This document shows, piece by piece, positions 24,225 through 35,800 of a DNA stretch of 64,000 nt. Origin of the DNA: Nemertoderma westbladi (Eukaryota > Animalia > Xenacoelomorpha). Each line of letters starts with the position of its first letter. Position 1 is the first letter of the stretch. The translations under genes and the position numbers were made by a program. Location: positions 1 through 64,000 of the forward strand of contig JAUCBJ010004634.1 of the NCBI GenBank assembly GCA_032718475.1. Direction: 5' to 3'. The notes under the pieces were generated by a model, which saw nothing but the letters and a program-made list of their open reading frames with translations, searched no databases and had not been told where the DNA came from.

Positions 24225-25311
24225 TTGAGAGACCAAATTTCCGTAAAGGTCGTGGGACCATGGAGCCTATTTTGGCTCTTAGAGGAATAATCGAAGAGTT
24301 ATTAATAACGAGAGACAGGCGACTGGCTATTATTTTTGTTGACTTCTTTAAAGCCTTCGACTCAGTTTTCACACCACGTATGTTCAGCTTACTGGTTGGA
24401 TATGGCATTCTTGAGGAAATTATTGCAGCTATCAGATCACTGTGCGATGGTCCCACCACATTTGTATCTACTGCTGATGGTGACACAGATCCATTCGAAA
24501 TCTTATGGGGAGTCCTTCAGGATGACACACTTGCACCGTTCTTATTAGGAATTGTTGTTGATTATGTTCTACGCATTTCCTTAGAGAACATCTTAAAGGA
24601 CACCGGCCTTGAAGATGCGGATGATCTAGCAAATGTCATGGGTGATAGGGAGTTGTGGCGGTGCACTTTTGTCGACAAGCCGGCATAGCATTCTTAATAC
24701 TGGCACTCCACCTACTGGCACAAGAAGTAGAGGAAATCCAGCAAAGTTCCTTACTGATCTAGATTTTGCTGATGACTTAGGGGTACTGTTAGAATCACTA
24801 GAGGGAGCCCAAAGGCTGCTCTGCTCAGTGGAGCAGGTTGCTTCTAGTGTTGGTCTTTTTGTAAACTACAAGAATACCAAAATTATTACTACAAGAAATG
24901 TTATTATTATTAACAAGTTATTATTACAAGAAATGTCTGATCGTAATGGTATAAGCTCTAAGGACGGCTTGCTTGAGCACGTGGATGACTTCTGCTACTT
25001 GGGATCTTGGAGCAGGAAGTCAGGTGAAGATACGTAAGGAGAAGGCATGGGCAGCATTGAATTGTTTGTCTAGGATTTGGAAATCCCATAGAAAAATCGG
25101 GATCTCAAGATTCGATTATGTAGGGCATCGCATGGTGGGCTTGTGCTTTGGCGGCCTCATGGAGAAAATATGCATGGTGGATAGCCCATGACTTTCTTGA
25201 GACGCCTCTTAAAGGACACTGTCATTGAAGGTGCAGATGATCTAGCAAATGTAATGGGTGATAGTAAGTTGTGGCGGCGTGATTTTGTTAACAAGCCGGC
25301 ACAGCATTCTT
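24225..25311 (+). mobile_element. Rearranged/internally deleted RTE-clade fragments (two 3' ends)
   Basis: FVDFFKAFDS, GVLQDDTLAP, DLDFADD. The 3'-end sequence ...aagccggca(t/c)agcattcttaa occurs at ~24690 and ~25305. Confidence 0.85.
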
Positions 25312-25515
25312 AATATATTATGGTATTATGTAGTAAGTATTAAGTTTTGTATTAAGTTAAGTATTATAATTAATTATAAGTTATTAAGTATTAAGTTTTT
25401 TCGTTCAGTTTTGCAGGGTAAGACACCCCCGTTTCCTTTCGTAAGTGTAAATTCTATAAGTTGACTAATGGTAGAACTTCTTTAATACAATATTGTTTAT
25501 TTGTTTATGTTTCAG

Positions 25516-25617
25516 ATACAACATGCAATCAAATTGAAAGTCAGTGTGACGAAGGATGCTGTGACACATGCACAGACAACACAAAGGCTAGGGTAGAACA
25601 TTCCAACCAATGTGTAG
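25516..25617 (+). CDS. Host gene exon: Cys-rich module
   Basis: ttcag|...|gtgag, phase 1-1, TTCNQIESQCDEGCCDTCTDN...NQCV. Confidence 0.75.
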
Positions 25618-25848
25618 GTGAGTAAGTTACATGGTAGAACTACGGTGGCTGAATGCGGCCAAAATAATTCACTACTTTTTAAATTTTTATTTTTATCATA
25701 TTTTTTTCTTGAATTTCAACCCGGGTTGTGACGAATGTTGATGAGGCAGAGGGAAATTTAAAATACCGCGGAATGAGTCACCAGGTAAATGGGTGTCATA
25801 AATCTGGCTACCGTCTACCGCTTAATTTCTAATTAATTGATTAAATAG

Positions 25849-26061
25849 ATTGTGGATCATTGTCTACTGGTGGTCCTAGCGAAGGGGGCGGCCGTCAAAA
25901 AAACTGTTATAGAGTTAACGTACATAAAACCTTGACATACTCCGGGGCTGTGGCGGACTGCAGGGCTCAGCCTACACATGGTATATTCCGTAGGGGCTGG
26001 CACCTAGCAACAATTCAAAAGGACACTCCCGAACAGGATACAGTAAAGAATTTGCAAGCTC
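25849..26061 (+). CDS. Host gene exon: C-type lectin domain, N-terminal part
   Basis: phase 1-1, NCYRV...LTYSGAVADCRAQ...WHLATIQ...EQDTV. Confidence 0.8.
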
Positions 26062-26074
26062 GTAAGTGAATTAA

Positions 26075-28263
26075 TATAATATTTACTTATATCACTCTAA
26101 ATATATAATATTTACTTATATCACTCTAAAATATAATAATTATCACTCTAAAATATAATAATTATCACTCTAAAATATATAATACTTACTTATATCACTC
26201 TAAATATATATTATTTACTTATATCACTCTAAAATATATAATAATTACTTATATCACTCTAAAATATATAATAATTACTTATATCACTCTAAAATATAAT
26301 AATTATCACTCTAAAATATATAATACTTACTTATATCACTCTAAATATATATTATTTACTTATATCACTCTAAAATATATAATAATTACTTATATCACTC
26401 TAAAATATATAATAATTACTTATATCACTCTAAAATATAATAATTATCACTCTAAAATATATAATACCTACTTATATCACTCTAAATATATAATATTTAC
26501 TTATATCACTCTAAAATATAATAATTATCACTCTAAAATATATAATACTTACTTATATCACTCTAAATATATATTATTTACTTATATCACTCTAAAATAT
26601 ATAATAATTACTTATATCACTCTAAAATATATAATAATTACTTATATCACTCTAAAATATAATAATTATCACTCTAAAATATATAATACTTACTTATATC
26701 ACTCTAAATATATAATATTTACTTATATCACTCTAAAATATATAATAATTACTTATATCACTCTAAAATATATAATAATTACTTATATCACTCTAAATAT
26801 ATAATAATTACTTATATCACTCTAAAATATATAATAATTACTTATATCACTCTAAAGATATAATATTTACTTATATCACTCTAAAATATATAATAATTAC
26901 TTATATCACTCTAAAATATATAATAATTACTTATATCACTCTAAAATATATAATAATTACTTATATCACTCTAAAATATATAATAATTACTTATATCACT
27001 CTAAATATATAATATTTACTTATATCACTCTAAAATATAATAATTATCACTCTAAAATATATAATACTTACTTATATCACTCTAAATATATAATATTTAC
27101 TTATATCACTCTAAAATATAATAATTATCACTCTAAAATATATAATACTTACTTATATCACTCTAAATATATAATATTTACTTATATCACTCTAAAATAT
27201 AATAATTATCACTCTAAAATATATAATACTTACTTATATCACTCTAAATATATAATATTTACTTATATCACTCTATAATATAATAATTATCACTCTAAAA
27301 TATATAATACTTACTTATATCACTCTAAATATATAATATTTACTTATATCACTCTAAATATATAATATTTTCTTATATCACTCTAAAATATATAATACTT
27401 ACTTATATCACTCTAAATGTATAATATTTACTTATATCATTCTAAAATATATAATACTTACTTATATCACTCTAAATATATAATATTTACTTATATCACT
27501 CTAAATATATAATATTTTCTTATATCACTCTAAAATATATAATAATTACTTATATCACTCTAAATGTATAATATTTACTTATATCATTCTAAAATATATA
27601 ATACTTACTTATATCACTCTAAATATATAATATTTACTTATATCACTCTAAATATATAATATTTTCTTATATCACTCTAAATATATAATATTTACTTATA
27701 TCACTCTAAATATATAATATTTTTTTATATCACTCTAAAATATATAATACTTACTTATATCACTCTAAATGTATAATATTTACTTATATCATTCTAAAAT
27801 ATATAATAATTACTTATATCACTCTAAAATATATAATAATTACTTATATCACTCTAAAATATATAATAATTACTTATATCACTCTAAAATATATAATAAT
27901 TACTTATATCACTCTAAAATATATAATAATTACTTATATCACTCTAAAATATATAATAATTACTTATATCACTCTAAAATATATAATAATTACTTATATC
28001 ATTCTAAATATATACCGGTAATATTTACTTATATCACTCTAAAATATAATAATTATCACTCTAAAATATATAATACTTACTTATATCACTCTAAATATAT
28101 AATATTTACTTATATCACTCTAAATATATAATACTTACTTATATCACTCTAAATATATAATATTTACTTATATCACTCTAAATATATAATAATTACTTAT
28201 ATCACTCTAAAATATATAATAATTACTTATATCACTCTAAAATATATAATAATTACTTATATC
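26075..28263 (+). repeat. 29/30-bp AT-rich satellite, left array
   Basis: (tacttatatcactctaaaatatataataat)n, with shortened and variant units. Confidence 0.97.
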
Positions 28264-28490
28264 TTAATTATTCCAGAATATAAATCTTGTTTAATAGAGT
28301 CCAGATATACATTAAAGCAAAACTAAATTACAAGAAACCGGTTAACTACATAATATTGTACAAAGTTCGTATATAGAGGAGCTAAAATTCGTAAAACATC
28401 AAATTCTCTCTCAGAGTAAGAAATACTCTAATACGAACAGACGGTCAATCATCCATCTATTGTTATAAAAGTAATCTCAAGTCTCCAGGG

Positions 28491-28679
28491 TTACAGTTTT
28501 GTACTATCGAGTGTGCTATGCCTCGTCATTTCCGAATTGTAATTGACAGTTCTTTGATTGATAAAAGCCAAGCGCTGTTGGTTACCCCGGCAACAAACGC
28601 GACGAAAGTCCCGACGAAATTGTTGTGACATAATATTATATAATATTGGGTTCACTGCTGAGTTGAGATAAATTAACAC
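28491..28679 (-). pseudogene. Isolated last exon of a class A GPCR (TM7 + helix 8 + C-tail; TRH/ETH-receptor-like)
   Basis: [30 protein letters not shown] has NPxxY, the helix-8 FR motif and palmitoylation-type Cys. Preceded by ttctcatAG; followed by a UTR with ATTAAA at 28295-28290. Confidence 0.8.
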
Positions 28680-28697
28680 CTATGAGAATTCCTGGAT

Positions 28698-31600
28698 TCA
28701 GAGTAGGAATACCTCATCAAGGCCCGCCTGGTGGGGGGTGGTACCTAGGACAGATGTCGCGTTCCCTCTGACCACTGCAATTGAGAGCCGCTGGAAAAGG
28801 AATTCTGTGGACCTAGGTTCACCTGTTTCCTTGGCGATTCTCCGCCCTATCTCCCGCAGTACTGCGGTGCCTTCTGCACCGATTGGGCCTAAGGTCTCTA
28901 AGGCAATAGTGCGGAATAAGTGGTGGTGCTGGAGCGCAGCATACTTATTTCCTTTACTGGTCTCTGCCATTAAAGCGGCTGCACCTGCAGATTTACTTGT
29001 CTCGGGTAGATAGGAAGGAGCGAGGGTGTCCCTGCAAGTAAAGTCCCAAACGAGTGGGCGGCCTGAGGACCAAGGGGCAAAGGTCAAACCGTCTGGTGTC
29101 TTGCCGTCTTGTGAAAGTCCTCGAGGCTCCAAGGTGGAGGCAATGCCGGCTGATGAGAGTGCACGGTGAATGATGTCATTGGCCTCTGCATGACGGGTGT
29201 ATTTCCCATAATTGTGTAAGCAGCTGAGGCCATGACTTCCACTCGTGTCGACTTCCAACCCGCAACCCCTGCAGGAATGCTCCTCGCAAATAGGTGTACC
29301 CAAGCGGAGAGCTGCTCCCACCCGCAGCTGCTCATCACTGAGGCGAAGGCCTAGGGATGATACCGGCAGTGCCCTTAGCCAGTCCCCGGCGTGGTCTGCG
29401 GCGGCAGCTAGGAGACGAGCCTTCTCTTTTGCTGATGAGGCTTTGGTGATCAGTTCATCCTGTCGTGATGAGCACAGCGGGGCATCCCATCCTTTCTGAA
29501 TGGCTTGATTGATTGGTTCAGGAAAATCGGTAGGTAGTAGTTGCTTCGCAGCTATTAGGAGTGGGTTGGGGATGCTGGAAATGGAACTGGGTAGTAGGGT
29601 GTTAAGCAGTGGGATGCACCCATGGCTGGAAGCCAGGAAAGCTGGTAAAGCTACGTCGGATGTGCTTCTAACCCCCAGTCCGCCCAAAGATATTGGAAGG
29701 GAAGCCTGGGCCCAAGCATCGCCCCCAATCCTAGTGTTGAGCACAATTTGGCAGCACTGCCGAATCTTATCATCTAGAGACTTCAATCGAGGCGATCCAA
29801 AGGCGGGTGAACACCGCAGCACATACATCAACTTCGGAATGGCAAAGCAATGTCTGAGTAGGTATAGGGCGTCATGCGCCGATAGAAGGTGGAGGCGGTC
29901 GGCGAACCTAGAGAGGTCTGATTCCTTCTCTTCAAGGATCTTCTCCATGGCTGAATCTCCTAGGGGTGATCCAAGCAACAGCGCATCAGAAAAATCGATT
30001 GGTTTAATGCTTGGTGTGATGGCATCAAACAGAGCTGTTGTCTCTTCTTTCAGTTCTAAGGGAAAGTGCTTGCCAAAGATTAACTCACACTTGGATGCCT
30101 TGACCATAAGCCCTAGCTTTGCTGCCTCGGCTATGACCCTCTTCAGGTCAGAAGCAACAACAGATGGTGTTCCACCCAAGGAACCGTCATCCAGGAACCA
30201 CACGTTGAGAGGAGATTCCATGCTATCGACAAGTTCAATTGTGTCGTTGCTGAAGAATAGAGAGGCTAGTGGGTCTCCCTGTTGCATACCATCGTCAGAG
30301 GCAATTGTTGTCCCATTGTAGAATAGGAGAGAGGGTTGCGAATATGACTGATATGCCAGGTTGTATAGTGGTGGGAGGTTCTTTAGCACTGCCCTCAAGG
30401 CTGGTCCACGGTGAATACTGTTGAAGGCATTTGAGAAATCAATTTTGATCATGACTGTCTCTCTCTCTATTGACTCACTGAGGAAACGCCTGGCTGCATG
30501 TACTGCTGCTTCTGCACCCCGGGGGGTCCCGAACCCTAGCTGATGGGGTCCTAGCTTTAAACCGGAATGCTTTGCCGCTGAATGGCAGCCTGTTTTGGCG
30601 GTAAGTCGACGCAGAGTGCACCCCACGGCTATGGGGCGAACTCCACCTGCTGGTTTAGTGAAAGCACAAAGCCTGGCGCCATAGAGGTAAGGGAGAACTT
30701 CCTGGGGCACTCCTCCCTTTAGCATGATATTAGCTACCGATGTCATAGCCTTGAGGGAAGCCAGGGCAGCATCCCCCGCTGATGATGAGATCATGTCCTT
30801 GAGGAACTGAGGACGGCAGTTGTCGGGACCTGGTGCCGAGCCATTGGGGAATAGCTTGATTGATTTTAGAACCTCTGGGTAAGATAGCTCGAGGGTCGGG
30901 ACATCTGCTTCCTCTAATGACGGTACTCCGTGGAAGTCATCTGATGGGCGTGTAGGATGAAGGAGTCGGAGGGCTTCAAGGGTCTCTGAGGTGGCTGGGG
31001 CTATAGTGGCTGATGAGGATGCTAGTCGTGCAGCTGCTTTCACATTTCCTTCTTCTATCTTAGAGGCTATCAATTTCCCAAGCATGTCATCCGAGGATTG
31101 TTGAGTCTTGGGCTTCAGATGGGATGGAAGGCTAGTCGTAGGCAGTACTAGTATTTCTTTGGTGTTCTTGACCATCTCTTCAAATTCCAACAGTTGGTCC
31201 TTTACCTTGGCTGTGAGTGATTTGCAGGCTGGACCGATAGCCCTCCGGCCACGTCTGGACCTTGATCCCTGGGAGGGTACTCTGAGAGAGAATGGAAAGG
31301 CCAGCAGGTTTAACCAGTTTGACTGACTGTTGTTGAGGACGATGGCATCACAGAGACTACTGTAAAGTGTGGCTGCTTTTAGTCTTGCACCCCTGGGGAT
31401 ACGAGTCAGGGTTCTGATCCTAGTGAGGGTTTCGAATGCACTGCTAAGTGAATCTGATATGGCGCTCTGGCTGGCTACCACAGGAGCAGGGGATGGAGTG
31501 TCATTGGTAAACGGTTGGGACAGTAGTCCGGGTGACCCTTGAGACATGGCTGGCTGATTAGAGTGTAAGTCGGGTGGAATTGCAGCTTCAGCAGGAGCGG

Positions 31601-32687
31601 AGGAACCGGTGGCTGGAAATGTAATGATGGAACCTGACCCAGGACAAGAGGTGCCTTCAGTGGATCTGTGTTTGCGCAGCCCTCCCTTGGGGTTGACACA
31701 GCATAATTTAGAGCAGGTGGTGCATGGGAACTTGAGGGACAGTCCTCCACTGGTAACGGTGGGAGGTTGTCCCGGCTCTAGCGGTGCAATTGATGGAGTA
31801 TGGGTAAATAGGGGTGGATGAGAGTTCGGGACCAGAGTGGGGTCTCCAATTTGATTGTTATCCTGGGAGGATTCGGCTGATTGGATTGGAGGTTGTTTCG
31901 GCTCTAGCGGTGAGATTGATTGTGTATGGTTAAGCACGGGTGGGTGAGAATTCGGAAACGGGGTGGGATCTCCAATTGGAGGTGGTGTAGGTGTCGATGC
32001 CTTCTGTTGATTGGCTGACCAAACTAGAGGGGCATTTCTGGAAATATCAGAATACAGATCACTACGATGCTTGGAAATGGTAATATCATTGATATCCTCA
32101 AAATCCGATCGTGAGTAACCTTCAATACACCACTTTGCATACCTACAGATATATACCCCACATTGATAGGTGTTGTATTGCACCTTTTGAATGGAGGGAT
32201 AAACGGTAATTGGGGGGAGGTCCACATTGTAATGAATGGCAACAAGATGCACCCATTCTTTGATAGAATCAACAACTGTTTGGTTAGAGCCCCCCAGTGA
32301 GTCGAAAAACCAAATTGCTGACTTTAAAGGGGAGTAAACAGCAAGGGTCCAGTGGCAATTGTTTACATTTATAGGGAAAAATATGAAATCGTTATCAAAA
32401 ACTGGCACTGAAGCGCCCTTGCTCAGACTCTGTATGTTCTTAAAGCCGCCTTCTTGAAAGATGTCAACGAAATGAGAGTTAAAAACTCTTGCATGGTCGT
32501 TGTAGCCTAAACACAAGCTGGATATAACTGCTTCAACAATGTTATCTGTCAACCAGTTTTGCCCATTTAACGATTCTATATCGTGCCTCGAGAGAGGCAG
32601 ACCTCCAAATTCGTACATGTCTTCAGATTCGGGAGGTGGGTCTGCTAGAAGCTCACTATCAGTGAGACTAATGCAGGGTATTTCCAT
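28698..32687 (-). CDS. Ulp1/SENP (C48) protease - zinc finger - reverse transcriptase - CCHC - restriction-like endonuclease polyprotein
   Basis: 1329-aa intact ORF. Protease: WLTDNIV, FPINVNNCHW, FFDSLG, QYNTYQCGVY. ZnF: CTTC...RKH...CPGS. RT: GGVRPIAVG, DFSNAFNS, GMQQGDPL, WFLDDG. RLE: CRGC...HGLSC, RH, PDG...WDFT, KGNKY, ETLG, RLSIAVVRGNA. Confidence 0.9.
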   Translation of the reverse strand: MEIPCISLTDSELLADPPPESEDMYEFGGLPLSRHDIESLNGQNWLTDNIVEAVISSLCLGYNDHARVFNSHFVDIFQEGGFKNIQSLSKGASVPVFDNDFIFFPINVNNCHWTLAVYSPLKSAIWFFDSLGGSNQTVVDSIKEWVHLVAIHYNVDLPPITVYPSIQKVQYNTYQCGVYICRYAKWCIEGYSRSDFEDINDITISKHRSDLYSDISRNAPLVWSANQQKASTPTPPPIGDPTPFPNSHPPVLNHTQSISPLEPKQPPIQSAESSQDNNQIGDPTLVPNSHPPLFTHTPSIAPLEPGQPPTVTSGGLSLKFPCTTCSKLCCVNPKGGLRKHRSTEGTSCPGSGSIITFPATGSSAPAEAAIPPDLHSNQPAMSQGSPGLLSQPFTNDTPSPAPVVASQSAISDSLSSAFETLTRIRTLTRIPRGARLKAATLYSSLCDAIVLNNSQSNWLNLLAFPFSLRVPSQGSRSRRGRRAIGPACKSLTAKVKDQLLEFEEMVKNTKEILVLPTTSLPSHLKPKTQQSSDDMLGKLIASKIEEGNVKAAARLASSSATIAPATSETLEALRLLHPTRPSDDFHGVPSLEEADVPTLELSYPEVLKSIKLFPNGSAPGPDNCRPQFLKDMISSSAGDAALASLKAMTSVANIMLKGGVPQEVLPYLYGARLCAFTKPAGGVRPIAVGCTLRRLTAKTGCHSAAKHSGLKLGPHQLGFGTPRGAEAAVHAARRFLSESIERETVMIKIDFSNAFNSIHRGPALRAVLKNLPPLYNLAYQSYSQPSLLFYNGTTIASDDGMQQGDPLASLFFSNDTIELVDSMESPLNVWFLDDGSLGGTPSVVASDLKRVIAEAAKLGLMVKASKCELIFGKHFPLELKEETTALFDAITPSIKPIDFSDALLLGSPLGDSAMEKILEEKESDLSRFADRLHLLSAHDALYLLRHCFAIPKLMYVLRCSPAFGSPRLKSLDDKIRQCCQIVLNTRIGGDAWAQASLPISLGGLGVRSTSDVALPAFLASSHGCIPLLNTLLPSSISSIPNPLLIAAKQLLPTDFPEPINQAIQKGWDAPLCSSRQDELITKASSAKEKARLLAAAADHAGDWLRALPVSSLGLRLSDEQLRVGAALRLGTPICEEHSCRGCGLEVDTSGSHGLSCLHNYGKYTRHAEANDIIHRALSSAGIASTLEPRGLSQDGKTPDGLTFAPWSSGRPLVWDFTCRDTLAPSYLPETSKSAGAAALMAETSKGNKYAALQHHHLFRTIALETLGPIGAEGTAVLREIGRRIAKETGEPRSTEFLFQRLSIAVVRGNATSVLGTTPHQAGLDEVFLL

Positions 32688-32828
32688 GATTGATCGTTTG
32701 AAGGAAGGAGGCCTTTAGTTTGTTTAGCTAGTCGCATTCATTTGGACGTGCAGACGCACCATCACCGCCTACCATCGACAATAAATGGACATGGTTCTGT
32801 TTTTATATACAATCTAACTCAAAAAACC

Positions 32829-35800
32829 ATTACTTATATCACTCTAAAATATATAATAATTACTTATATCACTCTAAAATATATAATAATTACTTATATC
32901 ACTCTAAAATATATAATAATTACTTATAACACTCTAAAATATATAATATTTTCTTATATCACTCTAAAATATATAATATTTTCTTATATCACTCTAAAAT
33001 ATATAATATTTTCTTATATCACTCTAAAATATATAATAATTACTTATAACACTCTAAAATATATAATATTTACTTATATCACTCTAAAATATATAATATT
33101 TTCTTATATCTCTCTAAAATATATAATAATTACTTATATCACTCTAAAATATATAATAATTACTTATATCACTCTAAAATATATAATAATTACTTATATC
33201 ACTCTAAATATATAATATTTACTTATATCACTCTAAAATATATAATATTTACTTATATCACTCTAAAATATATAATATTTTCTTATATCACTCTAAAATA
33301 TATAATAATTACTTATATCACTCTAAATATATAATATTTACTTATATCACTCTAAAATATATAATATTTACTTATATCACTCTAAAATATATAATATTTT
33401 CTTATATCACTCTAAAATATATAATAATTACTTATATCACTCTAAAATATATAATATTTACTTATATCACTCTAAAATATATAATATTTTCTTATATCAC
33501 TCTAAAATATATAATATTTACTTATATCACTCTAAATGTATAATATTTTCTTATATCACTCTAAAATATATAATATTTTCTTATATCACTCTAAAATATA
33601 TAATAATTACTTATATCACTCTAAAATATATAATAATTACTTATATCACTCTAAAATATATAATATTTTCTTATAACACTCTAAATGTATAATATTTACT
33701 TATATCACTCTAAAATATATAATATTTACTTATATCACTCTAAAATATATAATATTTTCTTATAACACTCTAAATGTATAATATTTTCTTATATCACTCT
33801 AAAATATATAATATTTTCTTATATCACTCTAAAATATATAATAATTACTTATATCACTCTAAAATATATAATATTTACTTATATCACTCTAAATATATAA
33901 TATTTTCTTATATCACTCTAAAATATATAATAATTACTTATATCACTCTAAATATATAATATTTACTTATATCATTCTAAAATATATAATATTTACTTAT
34001 ATCACTCTAAAATATATAATATTTTCTTATAACACTCTAAATGTATAATATTTTCTTATATCACTCTAAATATATAATATTTTCTTATATCACTCTAAAA
34101 TATATAATATTTTCTTATATCACTCTAAAATATATAATAATTACTTATATCACTCTAAAATATATAATATTTACTTATATCACTCTAAAATATATAATAT
34201 TTTCTTATATCACTCTAAAATATATAATAATTACTTATATCACTCTAAATATATAATATTTACTTATATCATTCTAAAATATATAATATTTACTTATATC
34301 ACTCTAAAATATATAATATTTTCTTATATCACTCTAAAATATATAATAATTACTTATATCACTCTAAATATATAATAATTACTTATATCACTCTAAAATA
34401 TATAATATTTTCTTATATCACTCTAAAATATATAATAATTACTTATATCACTCTAAATATATAATATTTACTTATATCACTCTAAAATATATAATAATTA
34501 CTTATATCACTCTAAATATATAATAATTACTTATAACACTCTAAAATATATAATATTTTCTTATATCACACTAAAATATATAATAATTACTTATATCACT
34601 CTAAATATATAATATTTACTTATATCACTCTAAAATATATAATATTTACTTATATCACTCTAAAATATATAATATTTTCTTATAACACTCTAAATGTATA
34701 ATATTTTCTTATATCACTCTAAAATATATAATATTTTCTTATATCACTCTAAAATATATAATAATTACTTATATCACTCTAAAATATATAATAATTACTT
34801 ATATCACTCTAAAATATATAATATTTTCTTATATCACTCTAAAATATATAATAATTACTTATATCACTCTAAAATATATAATAATTACTTATATCACTCT
34901 AAAATATATAATAATTACTTATATCACTCTAAATATATAATAATTACTTATATCACTCTAAATATATAATACTTACTTATATCACTCTAAAATATATAAT
35001 ATTTACTTATATCACTCTAAATATATAATATTTACTTATATCACTCTAAAATATATAATATTTACTTATATCACTCTAAAATATATAATATTTTCTTATA
35101 ACACTCTAAATGTATAATATTTTCTTATATCACTCTAAAATATATAATAATTACTTATATCACTCTAAAATATATAATAATTACTTATATCACTCTAAAA
35201 TATATAATAATTACTTATATCACTCTAAATATATAATAATTACTTATATCACTCTAAAATATATAATATTTACTTATATCACTCTAAATATATAATATTT
35301 ACTTATATCACTCTAAAATATATAATATTTACTTATATCACTCTAAATATATAATATTTACTTATATCACTCTAAAATATATAATATTTTCTTATAACAC
35401 TCTAAATGTATAATATTTTCTTATAACACTCTAAATGTATAATATTTACTTATATCACTCTAAAATATATAATATTTACTTATATCACTCTAAAATATAT
35501 AATATTTTCTTATAACACTCTAAATGTATAATATTTTCTTATATCACTCTAAAATATATAATATTTTCTTATATCACTCTAAAATATATAATAATTACTT
35601 ATATCACTCTAAAATATATAATATTTTCTTATAACACTCTAAATGTATAATATTTTCTTATATCACTCTAACATATATAATATTTTCTTATAACACTCTA
35701 AATGTATAATATTTACTTATATCACTCTAAAATATATAATATTTACTTATATCACTCTAAAATATATAATATTTTCTTATAACACTCTAAATGTATAATA

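Larger units (their letters stand above)
28264..32828 (-). mobile_element. Apparently full-length CRE-type (RLE) non-LTR retrotransposon inserted in the satellite
   Basis: One long ORF, ~140-nt 5' UTR and ~430-nt 3' region. Satellite on both sides, with ATTACTTATATC at 28252-28263 and 32829-32840 as a candidate TSD. Confidence 0.85.

Noticed and set aside
28491-28679. Functional nested antisense GPCR gene
   Set aside because: No TM1-6 exons were seen in the window, and the fragment lies within the retrotransposon's boundaries. Treated as captured sequence.
29509-30321. 270-aa + strand ORF and other antisense ORFs over the CRE, BEL and hAT coding regions
   Set aside because: Shadow ORFs opposite GC-richer coding sequence, with no motifs.
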